From Candidatus Latescibacterota bacterium (GTDB taxonomy: Bacteria; Latescibacterota; UBA2968; UBA8231), in the NCBI GenBank assembly GCA_965248265.1, contig CBDFJF010000001.1, forward strand, positions 608,001 to 672,000: 64,000 nt of DNA, given 5' to 3'. Of this stretch, positions 9,051 through 19,314 are shown piece by piece (the stretch's first letter is position 1; each line of letters starts with the position of its first letter). A program made the translations under genes and the position numbers. Under the pieces are notes generated by a model. It worked only from the letters and a program-made list of their open reading frames with translations, made no database searches and was not told the origin of the DNA.

Positions 9051-11207
9051 ATGCCCCCCAAATCCTCGAATATGCGGCTGGCTCTTGGAACCGTGGGGTT
9101 GATGCTGATCGTCCTGCTGCCGTTCGCCGGACGCGTGTTCCTCTTCGACGCTGGGGTCGGTAAGAGGTCGACTCCGAGTGTGGCAGGCCAGGAGAGCACG
9201 GCCTCAGAGCTTATGGCTGCTCATCGTTACCAAGAAGGCTGTGGCGATCTGGCTGACTTGAGCGAGCAAGGTGTCAGCCAGCAACAGCAGGTTCTGGCCT
9301 TTCAGCACGCCATCTGCGACCAGCTTCTGGGCAGACCGGAAAAGTCATACGTACGCTATCATCGGCTGCACGGGGTATTGCCGCTGCTCGACGACCATCG
9401 ACGGCTGTGGATGGGACGGGCCCTCAACAGTCTTGGCGATCAGGACGCCGCGCGCCTGTTGTACGAGGATCTGTTGCTGAGTTCCCGCAGTCAGGCAGTC
9501 GCCGACTCGGCGCGCATCTACCTGGCTGGCATGATCGGTGAGCTTGGTGAGTATCACCGCGCTCTCGAACTGTACACCGATTATGCCGAAGCCAATCCAG
9601 CCAGTTGGCCCGAAATCCTGTACCGTATGATCGAGGTGCACGACGCCACGTCTGACGACGAGGCATCGCGCCAGACTCGACTGCGGTTGATGGAAAAATA
9701 CCCTGCCCATCGCAGTGCCCTGGATGCGCTCAGGTTCGGCAAGAGCTCCGGCACCGACCGCGAGCAATACGCACGGGCTATGGTGTATTACCGTCACGGA
9801 CAACAGAGTCGTGCCCGCAAGACCCTCGACCGCTTGTTGCGCTCCGACCCCGATCATGCGATCAAGGAAAAGGCGCGTTACCTGCAGGCGCGCTGCTATC
9901 TCAAGAGCGGCGAGTACCAGCGCGCGCGCACGGGCTTCGATCGGCTGTTCCATGAGTACGGCAGCGCCGCTGCTCTCTACCGCATCGGCGGCATCGAGAT
10001 CAGGCTCGACCAGGAACAGCGTGCCATCGAAACCTACGCCCGTTTCGTGCGCTCCTTTCCACGCCATGAGCTCGCCGATGACGCCTTGTGGCAAGCGGCA
10101 AAGGCGGCGGAGCGCCACAGTCACTTCGACCAGGCCCAAAAAATCTACCGCCAGCTGGCCACCGAGTACCCGGAAGGCGATTACTCCGATGAAGCCCGTT
10201 GGGGCATAGGCTTCATGCAGTACTGCCGGCTGGAGTTCTCTGAAGCTCTGACCTATTTCAAGGCCGCTGGTAGCAGCGCCAGGGAGCCTCACATCGTCGA
10301 CCAGTCCCTGTTCTGGGCCGCCAAGAGCGCCTTCAAGCTGAACCGACTCGAAGAAGCTCAGCAGCTGTACGAGTCAGCGGCGAAAGGCTTCCCGCGATCT
10401 TACTACTCGACGCGGGCGGTCCAGATGGGCTATGGCGGCGGCGATCTGCCGCTGCAGGCGAAGAGTATCACCCAAAACGCGGCGTCGACACGAAAACTGG
10501 CAGGGCGCGACTATCTCGAGCGCGCCGAACTGCTCCGGGTGTTGGGCATGCGCTCGCATGCGGAAGCCGAACTCTTGCGTGCAGAGCGGCTGAACAAAGG
10601 TGACAGCCCGGCGCTGCGAGTCATCCGCGACCATTATGAGCGTGCCGGCATCTTGAACCGCGCTTTGGTGCTGTCAGTGAAGATATTCGCGGCCGAGGGC
10701 GACGACATGGAGATCGCCAGGGTCTATCCCAGCTACTACTGGGATCAGGTCGCCGCCGCCTCCAGGGAGGCCTCCGTCGACCCCTACCTGGTGCTCTCAG
10801 TGATTCGCCAGGAGAGCTTCTTCAACGAAGATGCCGTGTCCCACGCCGGAGCCATCGGCCTGATGCAGATCATGCCACAGACGGGCCGCAGACTTGCCCG
10901 CAGACTGGGCATGGGCCCTTTCGACCGCAGGCAACTGTTCAATCCGCAGCAGTCCATCCGCATGGGCAGTTATTTTCTGGCTGGTCAGGTGCGTGACTTC
11001 ATGGAGGGTCCTACCAGGACGGTGGGTTTCGAACTGGGACTCGCCGCCTATAACGCGGGGCCGCATGTCGCGCGGCAGTGGGTGGACCGGTTTCCCTTCG
11101 AGGACCCGGATACCTTCGTGGAACGCATTCCGTACCGGGAGACACGTCTTTACGTGAAGAAGGTGCTCAAGAATTACACCATCTATAAATCACTGGCGCA
11201 GGCATAG
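9051..11207 (+). CDS. Soluble lytic murein transglycosylase (Slt-type) with TPR repeats
   Basis: TPR-like helices followed by IRQES, GAIGLMQIMP, AAYNAG and ETRLYVKKV motifs. Start uncertain (8988-9072). Confidence 0.9.
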   Translation: MPPKSSNMRLALGTVGLMLIVLLPFAGRVFLFDAGVGKRSTPSVAGQESTASELMAAHRYQEGCGDLADLSEQGVSQQQQVLAFQHAICDQLLGRPEKSYVRYHRLHGVLPLLDDHRRLWMGRALNSLGDQDAARLLYEDLLLSSRSQAVADSARIYLAGMIGELGEYHRALELYTDYAEANPASWPEILYRMIEVHDATSDDEASRQTRLRLMEKYPAHRSALDALRFGKSSGTDREQYARAMVYYRHGQQSRARKTLDRLLRSDPDHAIKEKARYLQARCYLKSGEYQRARTGFDRLFHEYGSAAALYRIGGIEIRLDQEQRAIETYARFVRSFPRHELADDALWQAAKAAERHSHFDQAQKIYRQLATEYPEGDYSDEARWGIGFMQYCRLEFSEALTYFKAAGSSAREPHIVDQSLFWAAKSAFKLNRLEEAQQLYESAAKGFPRSYYSTRAVQMGYGGGDLPLQAKSITQNAASTRKLAGRDYLERAELLRVLGMRSHAEAELLRAERLNKGDSPALRVIRDHYERAGILNRALVLSVKIFAAEGDDMEIARVYPSYYWDQVAAASREASVDPYLVLSVIRQESFFNEDAVSHAGAIGLMQIMPQTGRRLARRLGMGPFDRRQLFNPQQSIRMGSYFLAGQVRDFMEGPTRTVGFELGLAAYNAGPHVARQWVDRFPFEDPDTFVERIPYRETRLYVKKVLKNYTIYKSLAQA

Positions 11208-11214
11208 CGAGCCG

Positions 11215-11469
11215 ATGGCGGAAACTCCACAGACACCACAGACACCTGAAGAAAAGAGGGCGAAGGTAGTACGTCTGATTGAGGACGCCTTCATCCTGCT
11301 CTGTATCCTGACGTTGTGGCCGGTGATTCTGGGTTGGACCGGTGTGATCTACGAGGTCCTTCTATATGTTGCACTCGCCGGGCTGGTTTTCATCTTCGTG
11401 CGCCGCATCAGACGCTTCCGCGCGTCGCGTTTGGAATTGGAGAACGACTCGGCCCAGTCCCCCGGCTGA
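11215..11469 (+). CDS. Small two-TM hypothetical membrane protein
   Basis: Two hydrophobic segments; directly follows the Slt gene. Confidence 0.65.
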   Translation: MAETPQTPQTPEEKRAKVVRLIEDAFILLCILTLWPVILGWTGVIYEVLLYVALAGLVFIFVRRIRRFRASRLELENDSAQSPG

Positions 11470-11536
11470 AAGCTGACGCCACCTGGTCCGCCGTACCGCG
11501 ACCAGACCTGCCGACATGTTCCCCGGTACCATGCTG

Positions 11537-12478
11537 TCAACCTTGTTCCACGCCAGCTGTACGCCCCAGTCGTTCAAGCAACAACACAGCCGCGATTCCG
11601 ACGAGCATCAGCAACACCGTGACGATGACCTCACCATCGAGGCGGTCCGGGAAAACGCAGTCGTAGTATTGCGTCGTCGAATCTGTCGTCTGCCCATCGA
11701 CATTCTGGTAGCGTTTGAACGGCCACACCCGCCGTACCGAACCCGCCATTAACCCCACCAGCAGCGTCATCGTCAGTGCGTGATAGCGCGCGAGCAGGAA
11801 CTTGAGCACGCGCGAGAACGCCAGTATGCCACCGCCAAAGCCGATCCCGAATACGATCAAGACACCGAGATCGAACTCGTGCACCGCGCGCATCACCTGA
11901 CCGTACTTCCCCATGATCACGAGCAGAAACGAGCCGCTTATTCCGGGCAGGATCATGGCGACACTGGCGATGCTCCCAGACAGCAGGAACTTGTACCACT
12001 CGCTTCCGGTTTCCATCGGCCACAACAGCGTCACGCCGTAACCGGCCGCGGTACCGGCGATCAGCAGCGCCAGCCCAGCCGCGGTCCATCCCTGTACCCG
12101 GCGGCTGACGACCAGCGCGCTGGCCAGGATGAGACCGGTGAGAAAACCCCACAACGGTACCGGATGATGTTCCAACAGATAAGTGATGCCGCGTGCGAGT
12201 GAGACCACGGCGGCGGCGATCCCGCACAACAGGGGCACCAGGAAACCGGCGTTGACGTGAGCCCATAAGCCAGCGATACGACCGCGAAGCACGAGGCCGA
12301 TCAGCCGGGTGTCGATGCCGGCAATGGTGCGGATGAGTTCGTCGTAGATACCCGTGATCAGGGCCACGGTGCCGCCGGAGACGCCCGGAATCACATCCGC
12401 AGTACCCATGGCGAAGCCGCGGACAAACAAACCTGGAGTTCGCCGGCGCAGTTCAGCCGGTGCGTTTTCAACAGCCAC
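11537..12478 (-). CDS. DUF368 family membrane protein (undecaprenyl-phosphate translocase family)
   Basis: MGTADVIPGVSGGT and AMILPGISGS repeats. Confidence 0.9.
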   Translation of the reverse strand: MAVENAPAELRRRTPGLFVRGFAMGTADVIPGVSGGTVALITGIYDELIRTIAGIDTRLIGLVLRGRIAGLWAHVNAGFLVPLLCGIAAAVVSLARGITYLLEHHPVPLWGFLTGLILASALVVSRRVQGWTAAGLALLIAGTAAGYGVTLLWPMETGSEWYKFLLSGSIASVAMILPGISGSFLLVIMGKYGQVMRAVHEFDLGVLIVFGIGFGGGILAFSRVLKFLLARYHALTMTLLVGLMAGSVRRVWPFKRYQNVDGQTTDSTTQYYDCVFPDRLDGEVIVTVLLMLVGIAAVLLLERLGRTAGVEQG

Positions 12479-13616
12479 GGATTTTCCTCTCGGTGTATGA
12501 CATCGGCAGCAGGTCCCGCTCGCCCTTGTCAGCGAGCCCCTCTAGAATACGGCGATCGGCGCGCGGCATCGGATAGTCTTGCAGTTGCGACGGCCGAATC
12601 CATTTCAGGTCAGCGCAGCCCAGTGCCCGCGGCCGTCCTGAAAGATAGTGAGCCTCGAAGGCGTGCAGGGTGATGCTGAAATGGGAGTAGGCGTGGTCGA
12701 CCTGGGCGAGGTGCACTCCGACTTCGATGTCGAAATCGAGCTCCTCCCTGATCTCTCGCTTCAAGCATCCGGCCAGGGATTCTCCGTCTTCCTGCTTGCC
12801 GCCGGGAAATTCCCACAATCCGCCGAGCATGCCGTCTGCCGGTCGTTGGGCGATCAGCAACCAGCCCCCGCGCTTCCAGATCATGCCGGCCGTAACCTCG
12901 AAATGCGGGCGCGGTTTTCTTCGACCCTTCACGGGCAGCTGAGCCGGATCATTCAACTCCGCTCGGGCGCGGCACATGGAGTTTACCGGGCAATTCGTAC
13001 AGTCGGCCCTGGCCGGCTTGCACACGCGCGCGCCCAGTTCCATCAGGGCCTGGTTAAAGTCGCCCGGCCGCTTGCGCGCCAGCAGCCGTTCGGCAGCGGC
13101 GATCAATTCGGTCTTTACCGCTGCGGTGCGCGGTTCCTCTTCAATTCGCAGAAGACGGCACAACACGCGAGTGACGTTGCCGTCCAGTACCGGGTGGGGA
13201 GCGTCGAAGGCGATGCTGCTGATGGCAGCCGCGGTGTAGCTACCGATCCCGGGCAGACGCAGCAGCTCGTCGTGATCGCGCGGCAGGCTGCCGTCGCCAT
13301 CGTCCACGAGACTGCGGGCAGCCCGATGCAGATTGCGTGCCCGGCTGTAGTATCCCAGCCCTTCCCAGGCCTTGAGCACCTCAGCTTCGGTGGCGTCGGC
13401 GAGCGCGCGAACGGTCGGGAAGAGGCTGATGAAGCGCTCGTAGTAGGGCGCCATCTGGTCGACGCGAGTCTGCTGCAGCATGGTCTCGGAAACCCAGACC
13501 TGGTAGGAGTTGTCCTTATCGCGCCAGGGCAGATGTCGTTTGTTGTGATCGTACCAGCGCAGTAGGCGAGCGCGAAACTGGCTGCAGGCCTTGCCGTCGT
13601 CGAGCAGCCCGGTCAT
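12468..13616 (-). CDS. mutY: A/G-specific adenine glycosylase with a C-terminal MutT-like Nudix domain
   Basis: WVSETMLQQT, WEGLGYYSRARNLH, HhH LPGIGSYTA, 4Fe-4S CX6CX2CX5C. Start set at ATG 13616. Confidence 0.95.
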   Translation of the reverse strand: MTGLLDDGKACSQFRARLLRWYDHNKRHLPWRDKDNSYQVWVSETMLQQTRVDQMAPYYERFISLFPTVRALADATEAEVLKAWEGLGYYSRARNLHRAARSLVDDGDGSLPRDHDELLRLPGIGSYTAAAISSIAFDAPHPVLDGNVTRVLCRLLRIEEEPRTAAVKTELIAAAERLLARKRPGDFNQALMELGARVCKPARADCTNCPVNSMCRARAELNDPAQLPVKGRRKPRPHFEVTAGMIWKRGGWLLIAQRPADGMLGGLWEFPGGKQEDGESLAGCLKREIREELDFDIEVGVHLAQVDHAYSHFSITLHAFEAHYLSGRPRALGCADLKWIRPSQLQDYPMPRADRRILEGLADKGERDLLPMSYTERKIRGC

Positions 13617-13620
13617 GTGC

Positions 13621-14733
13621 TCAACGGACGCGGCGTTGCCGGTGAGTACGGACCAGCTGCGGCCATGTCGACGTCGGCAGCGTACGGTGAGCATTGACGA
13701 GCCCCGGTCGATCGGGAGTCTGGGGTATATCTAGTAGCACATCTGATAGTGGCCGGGCGGCAAGCAGCCCGTTCAGGACCGCCTCCTCGCAGGCTTCGGC
13801 GGCCGCCGCAAACAACGCTGGCAACTGCCGCTCCGATGTCGTCTTCATCGATGAAGTAACCCCGGACTCACCCCCGGCGTCATCGAGACCCGTCGTCGAC
13901 AGCGCAATGACGAGTCCATCCGTGGTGAATGCGTCGAGCAAGCCAACCCGGGTGAGGCCAAGTGCTGCTCGGCCCGCCAGGCGATTCAGTTGCCCGGGAT
14001 CACAGGGCGCATCGGTGGCGACGACAGCGGTGGCCGTTCTCGGCACGCCGGGCGCCGCCGGAATGATTGATAGTTCGCCCCCGGCCGGCACACCATCGAC
14101 GCTGAGCTTCTCGGGCTCTCCAGCGTTGGCAGCCACCAGTACCCCAACGTGAATCCGCTTGCCGTCCAGCTCCACCCAGCGGGATGCCGTACCGACGCCG
14201 CCGCGCACGCCAAACGAGACCAGGCCTGCGCCGATGCCGACGGCACCCTCCTCAACTTCCCCTGTCCGCGCATTCGCCAATGCGGCGTCGAGATGACCCT
14301 GTGCAATACTGGCATGCGCGACCATCGGGTCGTTGATGCCACTGTCATCGACGCCGATGACGACGGGCGGCCAGCCGGCATCCTCTGGCAGGCCTTCGGC
14401 CAGGCCGAGACCGTAGCGGATGAGTCCGTCGTAGACCTTGCCGACGGCGGCAGCCGGCGCCAGCACGATGGGGGTGGACAGAGCGCCGAAATCCTCGGTG
14501 ACACCGAGTCCGGTGAAGCCGTCCCCACCGTCCAGGGCGTAACGGCCGGCGAAGAAACGCCGGGGTGTGCGCGGGTACGGGATTACCGCCGTTATGCCAG
14601 TCGCCAGGCTGGAGATTGTGTTGTTGGCAACAATATCCGCGTGTCCGACGCGAACACCCGGTACATCCGTTATGGCATTGGCCGGGCCGGGTTGACCGCT
14701 TCCAACAGCGATATCGAAATCCCGCAACCGCAT
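13621..14733 (-). CDS. DmpA/P1 (S58) peptidase-family paralog, apparently lacking the autoprocessing Gly-Ser
   Basis: NAITDVPGVRVGH, ATDAP and EEAVLNGL are present, but the G-S-G-D site reads FTTDG. Confidence 0.8.
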   Translation of the reverse strand: MRLRDFDIAVGSGQPGPANAITDVPGVRVGHADIVANNTISSLATGITAVIPYPRTPRRFFAGRYALDGGDGFTGLGVTEDFGALSTPIVLAPAAAVGKVYDGLIRYGLGLAEGLPEDAGWPPVVIGVDDSGINDPMVAHASIAQGHLDAALANARTGEVEEGAVGIGAGLVSFGVRGGVGTASRWVELDGKRIHVGVLVAANAGEPEKLSVDGVPAGGELSIIPAAPGVPRTATAVVATDAPCDPGQLNRLAGRAALGLTRVGLLDAFTTDGLVIALSTTGLDDAGGESGVTSSMKTTSERQLPALFAAAAEACEEAVLNGLLAARPLSDVLLDIPQTPDRPGLVNAHRTLPTSTWPQLVRTHRQRRVR

Positions 14734-15977
14734 TACTTCAACCGGCCGTGCCGTCTCATGGCGTCGACGAAGCGATCCAAGGGCAGAGCGAAGATGCGGT
14801 TGTCGTCGCGGCCGACCATCGTACGGGCGGCCGTCAACGCGTTGAGGATGGCCTCTTCGGTGGCTTCGACGACGGCCTGGTGCAGACTGGTAATCTGAGA
14901 GAAATGGAGCATCTCCCCCTTGATAATGCCGGCATTCACGCTCTCTGTCGTCGCTGTCGAGAAGGCGATCAACAGGTCACCACTGCCATGCGTTGAAATA
15001 CCCCCGGTGCGCGCCATGCCAAGGGCAGCCCGCTTGCACAGGCGCTGCAGCTGAATCGGCAACAGAGGTGCGTCGGTGGCGATGGCGATGAGGAGCGAAT
15101 GGCCAGTGGCAGCGGCCTTGCCCGGGGTCGGCAGCAGATCCGGAATCTCGGTGCCGACGGGGACTCCCTGAACCGTGAGTTGGTGGCGGCGACCGTGGTT
15201 GGCCTGCACCAGGACGCCGACGGTGTACTGCCGGGCCCGGGCTTCCTCGTCCTCGCCGTCCGGGGCACAGGTGACAACTCTCGAGGAAGTGCCGATGCCG
15301 GCTTTGAAGCCGTACGCCCGCATTCCGGTCCCACCACCCACGGAGCCTTCCGCAACCACGCCATTCCCGTCACGCTCGGCGGCGGCGAGCGCGGCCCGCA
15401 CCTCGGTTCTACCGACGTGGCGGCCTGCCGTGTCGTTGAGAAAACCGGCCCAGGTCTCGCCGACCACCGGCTCAGGCCTGAATAACTGCGAGAACACCTG
15501 TGGGTTGCTCTCCAGCAGGTGCCCCATGGCAGCGTCGTACACGGTGCCGATGCACCCGGTATCGGTAAAATAGATCGGGCTTCCCAACAGTCCCTGCCGG
15601 CGCACAGGTCCCAGGCCGGTGAGTTCGCCATTGCCATTGAGCGTCCAGTCCGCCGCGCGCACGGGATGGCGCGAAACATCGTCAGCGCGAGGCAGAATCA
15701 CCGTTACCCCGGTGCGCACGGGACCTTCCCCAGCGACCAACGGGCCGTCCCCGCGGATGATCGTGGCGTGGCCGACGAGAACTCCAGGAACGTCAGTGAT
15801 GGCGTTGTACCTGGCGGTGGGCAACGATCCGATAGCGATGCCGAGATCGCGCAGGCGAGGGCGCTCACCGACACCCGCCGTCACCGCCATGACCTGACCG
15901 ACCTCGAACGGCATCCCACCCAGAATGGGTACGGAGGCGGCAGCCAGGCCAGTGCGCAGAAAGTGGCGTCGCTTCAT
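14733..15977 (-). CDS. Tat-exported DmpA/P1 family aminopeptidase
   Basis: MKRRHFL Tat signal; NAITDVPGVLVGH, GIGTSSR and HGSGDLLIAFST. Confidence 0.88.
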   Translation of the reverse strand: MKRRHFLRTGLAAASVPILGGMPFEVGQVMAVTAGVGERPRLRDLGIAIGSLPTARYNAITDVPGVLVGHATIIRGDGPLVAGEGPVRTGVTVILPRADDVSRHPVRAADWTLNGNGELTGLGPVRRQGLLGSPIYFTDTGCIGTVYDAAMGHLLESNPQVFSQLFRPEPVVGETWAGFLNDTAGRHVGRTEVRAALAAAERDGNGVVAEGSVGGGTGMRAYGFKAGIGTSSRVVTCAPDGEDEEARARQYTVGVLVQANHGRRHQLTVQGVPVGTEIPDLLPTPGKAAATGHSLLIAIATDAPLLPIQLQRLCKRAALGMARTGGISTHGSGDLLIAFSTATTESVNAGIIKGEMLHFSQITSLHQAVVEATEEAILNALTAARTMVGRDDNRIFALPLDRFVDAMRRHGRLK

Positions 15978-15993
15978 TTCATAGAGCCGCCAC

Positions 15994-17082
15994 TCATAGA
16001 ACTGCCACGATCGCCTGACCCATCTGGCTGGTCGTCATGCGTCCGCCCAAATCAGGGGTGGCGTTGTCGGGAGAGGTCAGTACGCTTTGCACCGCCTCCT
16101 CAATCCGGGCTCCGGCCGCGGTGGATGCGTCGTCGTCGTGGCGCTGTCCGAGCCAGCGCAGCATCATGGCGGCCGACAGGATGGTCCCCACCGGGTTGGC
16201 CACCCCCTTGCCGGCGATGTCGGGGGCAGTACCGTGAGAAGGCTGGAACACGGCCGCATCCTCGCCGATGTCCCCGGAGGGCGCCATGCCCATGCCGCCG
16301 ATGAGGCCGGCGGCCAGGTCCGAGAGGATGTCCCCGTACATGTTCTCCGTGACCATGACATCATACAACTGTGGCTGTTCGACCAGGTGGAAAGCCATAG
16401 CGTCGACGTACTCGTACGCACGGGCGATGTCGGGATAACCGGCCGCAACCTCGTCGAAGACGCTGCGAAAGAAGGCCATGGACCGGAAGATGTTGGCTTT
16501 GTCAACGCAGGTTACCATGGCCTGGCGTTGCGAATTCCCGGTCTCCTGTCGTCCGCGCGCCAACTCGAAGGCGTAGCGGGCGATGCGCTCGGTGCCCGAA
16601 CGCGTAATCACCATCGAGTCGACGGCGACCTCACCCCGCAGTTCGATGCCGGCGTCCATCGAGGCGAACAGGCCTTCCACGTTCTCACGCAAGATGACCA
16701 GGTCGATGGCGCCCGGACCCAAGCCCTTTAGCGGCGTCAGGTGCTCCGCGTACAGGTAGATCGGGCGAACGCCAGCGTATAGATCCAGCTTGATGCGCAA
16801 ATCCACCTGAGGGCGCATCTCGGTGCCGTCCGGCCACCGGATATCGGGCCGGCCCATCGCACCCAGCAGCACAGCGTCTGCAGTACGACACGCCCCCAGA
16901 GTCTCATCCGGCAACGGTGTGCCGCATTCCAGGTAGCAATCGGCCCCGGATGGGTACTCACAAAACTCGAAACTGACTGCACTGCTGTTGCCCAGCGCGG
17001 TGAGAACGCGGAGGGCCTCGTCGACGACATCGGGACCTATGCCGTCCCCCTTCAACACAGCAATACGGTAATTCGAGCTCAT
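15994..17082 (-). CDS. Isopropylmalate/tartrate dehydrogenase family protein (LeuB-like)
   Basis: GDGIGPDV, DKAN, ENMYGDILSDLAA, HGTAPDIAGKGVANP. Confidence 0.88.
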   Translation of the reverse strand: MSSNYRIAVLKGDGIGPDVVDEALRVLTALGNSSAVSFEFCEYPSGADCYLECGTPLPDETLGACRTADAVLLGAMGRPDIRWPDGTEMRPQVDLRIKLDLYAGVRPIYLYAEHLTPLKGLGPGAIDLVILRENVEGLFASMDAGIELRGEVAVDSMVITRSGTERIARYAFELARGRQETGNSQRQAMVTCVDKANIFRSMAFFRSVFDEVAAGYPDIARAYEYVDAMAFHLVEQPQLYDVMVTENMYGDILSDLAAGLIGGMGMAPSGDIGEDAAVFQPSHGTAPDIAGKGVANPVGTILSAAMMLRWLGQRHDDDASTAAGARIEEAVQSVLTSPDNATPDLGGRMTTSQMGQAIVAVL

Positions 17083-17273
17083 GTGTTCTGGCTTTTACGG
17101 GGAGTGGGGGGAGAGAGCCAAAGGGTACGGCGGCCACGAACGACCGTCAACAGGAGTCATACTGGCCTGTCGTTTGCTGTACTCAAGTATCAGGCTTTAC
17201 TGCAAGTGTCAGGCTTTACTCAACTCTCCAATGGTTGCTCAGGTGTACCGTGCAGCAGACATTAATGAACACA

Positions 17274-18683
17274 ATGACTGAACAGACTAACATGACGACG
17301 GCCGTCGCCGAGGAGCGCCAGATCAAGATCCTCCTGGTCGATGACGATGAGATGATCCGCAAGAGCGCGGGCGCTTTTCTGCGCAAAATGGGGCACGAAG
17401 TCATCTTCGCCACCAACGGGCGAGAGGGCCTCGAACGTTTTGAGCAGGAAGGGGCCGATATAGTCATCAGCGATATCATGATGCCTGACGTGGATGGCCT
17501 CGATTTCATGCGTTCGCTCAAGGAGCGTGGCTCCGACGTCGAGGTCATTCTGGTCACGGGACATGGGGATCTCGAGACGGCGGTCGAGGCATTGCGAGAG
17601 GGGGCGTTCGACTTCTTTACTAAACCAGTACGGCTCGAAGAACTCAAGGCTGCTCTCGAGCGTACCCGTCGCTACCAGTCCATTCGCCGGGAGAAAGATC
17701 GTATCCAGGCCCGGCTCGAGTCACTGACGCGGGCATCCGACTTCGACCAGTCGGACATCATCGGTGAGAGCGACGCCATGGGGCAGGTCGGGGAGTTGGT
17801 AGAAAAGGTCGCCCGCACCGAACGCACCACCGTGCTCATCCGCGGTGAGAGCGGCACGGGCAAGGAACTCGTGGCCCGTGCCATTCACCGCTCCAGTCCG
17901 CGGGCCAACGCCGCCTTTATCAGTATCAACTGCACGGCGGTGCCTGATAGCCTGTTCGAGAGCGAGTTGTTCGGCCACGAGAAGGGCTCCTTCACCGACG
18001 CCACGCAATCTCGCAAAGGCATGTTCGAACTCAGCCATGGCGGCACCCTGTTCCTGGACGAGGTCGGCGACATGAGCCCGGCGTCTCAAGGCAAGATTCT
18101 GCGCGCCCTCGAGGAGCGGGTGATCCGGCGTGTCGGCGGCGTCGAGGAAATCCCCGTCGACGTGCGTCTGGTGGCGGCTACCAATCAGGATCTCGACGAG
18201 CTCTTGAGCAACGGTGCCTTTCGCCAGGACCTGTTTTTCCGTCTGAACGTATTCACCATTGACCTCCCGCCTCTGAGAGAACGCGGTGACGACGTCCTGT
18301 TGCTGGCCTATCACTATCTGGGCCGCTACGCCAGAGAATTCCGCAAAGACATTTCCGGCATAGACAAGGAGGCGACCCGCCTCTTGCGTGGCTACGAATT
18401 CCCCGGCAATGTCCGCGAGCTGCGCAATCTGGTGGAGCGGGCCGTCATCCTGGCGGACGGTCCATCGCTCACGGTGAGCGAGTTAGCCGATCTGCAGACG
18501 ACCACAACCACGACGGACGCCGCAGGAAGTGACCCCGGCCAGCCGCTGACGCTGGTCGAGTTCGAACGTCGCGCCATCGTGCAGGCTCTCGAGAGCAGCG
18601 GTGGCAACCAGACTGAAGCCGCCCGCCGTCTGGGAATCGGTACCGACGCCCTCCGGTACCGCCTCAAGAAGCACAACCTGTAA
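17274..18683 (+). CDS. Sigma54-dependent NtrC-family response regulator
   Basis: Receiver domain, GESGTGKE, ESELFGHEKGSFTDA (GAFTGA variant), Fis-type HTH. Start approximate. Confidence 0.92.
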   Translation: MTEQTNMTTAVAEERQIKILLVDDDEMIRKSAGAFLRKMGHEVIFATNGREGLERFEQEGADIVISDIMMPDVDGLDFMRSLKERGSDVEVILVTGHGDLETAVEALREGAFDFFTKPVRLEELKAALERTRRYQSIRREKDRIQARLESLTRASDFDQSDIIGESDAMGQVGELVEKVARTERTTVLIRGESGTGKELVARAIHRSSPRANAAFISINCTAVPDSLFESELFGHEKGSFTDATQSRKGMFELSHGGTLFLDEVGDMSPASQGKILRALEERVIRRVGGVEEIPVDVRLVAATNQDLDELLSNGAFRQDLFFRLNVFTIDLPPLRERGDDVLLLAYHYLGRYAREFRKDISGIDKEATRLLRGYEFPGNVRELRNLVERAVILADGPSLTVSELADLQTTTTTTDAAGSDPGQPLTLVEFERRAIVQALESSGGNQTEAARRLGIGTDALRYRLKKHNL

Positions 18684-18848
18684 GCAGCCAAATCACCGCC
18701 TCGATTCCGCTATTTGGCCGGATTCGGCCTCGATTCACCTGCCATTGCCCCTGAAAGCTCCTGGCACATCAATTGCGTCCGTTAACGCAAGTCCACGGAT
18801 CTTTGGGTGGACCTGACCGCCATCTCCCCGAAATGGAGCTGAATCCCC

Positions 18849-19262
18849 GTGCGAGTACTGATCGTCGACGACGAACCCACAATCAGGGAGTTCTTCACGC
18901 AGATGGCACGCAATCGGGGGTGCGATACGGCACACTCGGTTGATTCGGCTGAGGCAGCGCTCTCCACCGTACTGCGTCAGTCGTATGACCTCATCACCCT
19001 GGATATCCTGATGCCAGGCCTGAGCGGGCTGGAGATCATCGCGGTGTTGCGAAACATGAATCCTCACGCCGTCATCGCAGTGATTTCGGGCTTTATCCCT
19101 GAACAGATTCCCGAAGAAGTGGAAGGCTGCATCGACGTACTGCTGCCCAAACCGATCAGTGTCGAAACCTTCTCCGAGCTCATCGACATAGCGAGCCGGA
19201 TCTCCCAAATGCTGGAGGAGTTACAAACGCTGGGCGTATCCACGGAGGTCTCGGTTCGATGA
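18849..19262 (+). CDS. Single-domain response regulator
   Basis: VLIVDDE, DILMPG and KP receiver motifs. Confidence 0.85.
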   Translation: MRVLIVDDEPTIREFFTQMARNRGCDTAHSVDSAEAALSTVLRQSYDLITLDILMPGLSGLEIIAVLRNMNPHAVIAVISGFIPEQIPEEVEGCIDVLLPKPISVETFSELIDIASRISQMLEELQTLGVSTEVSVR

Positions 19263-19314
19263 AGCCAATCCGCTAACCACCACATCTCCCACCCACCCAC
19301 TCACACACGCTCTC

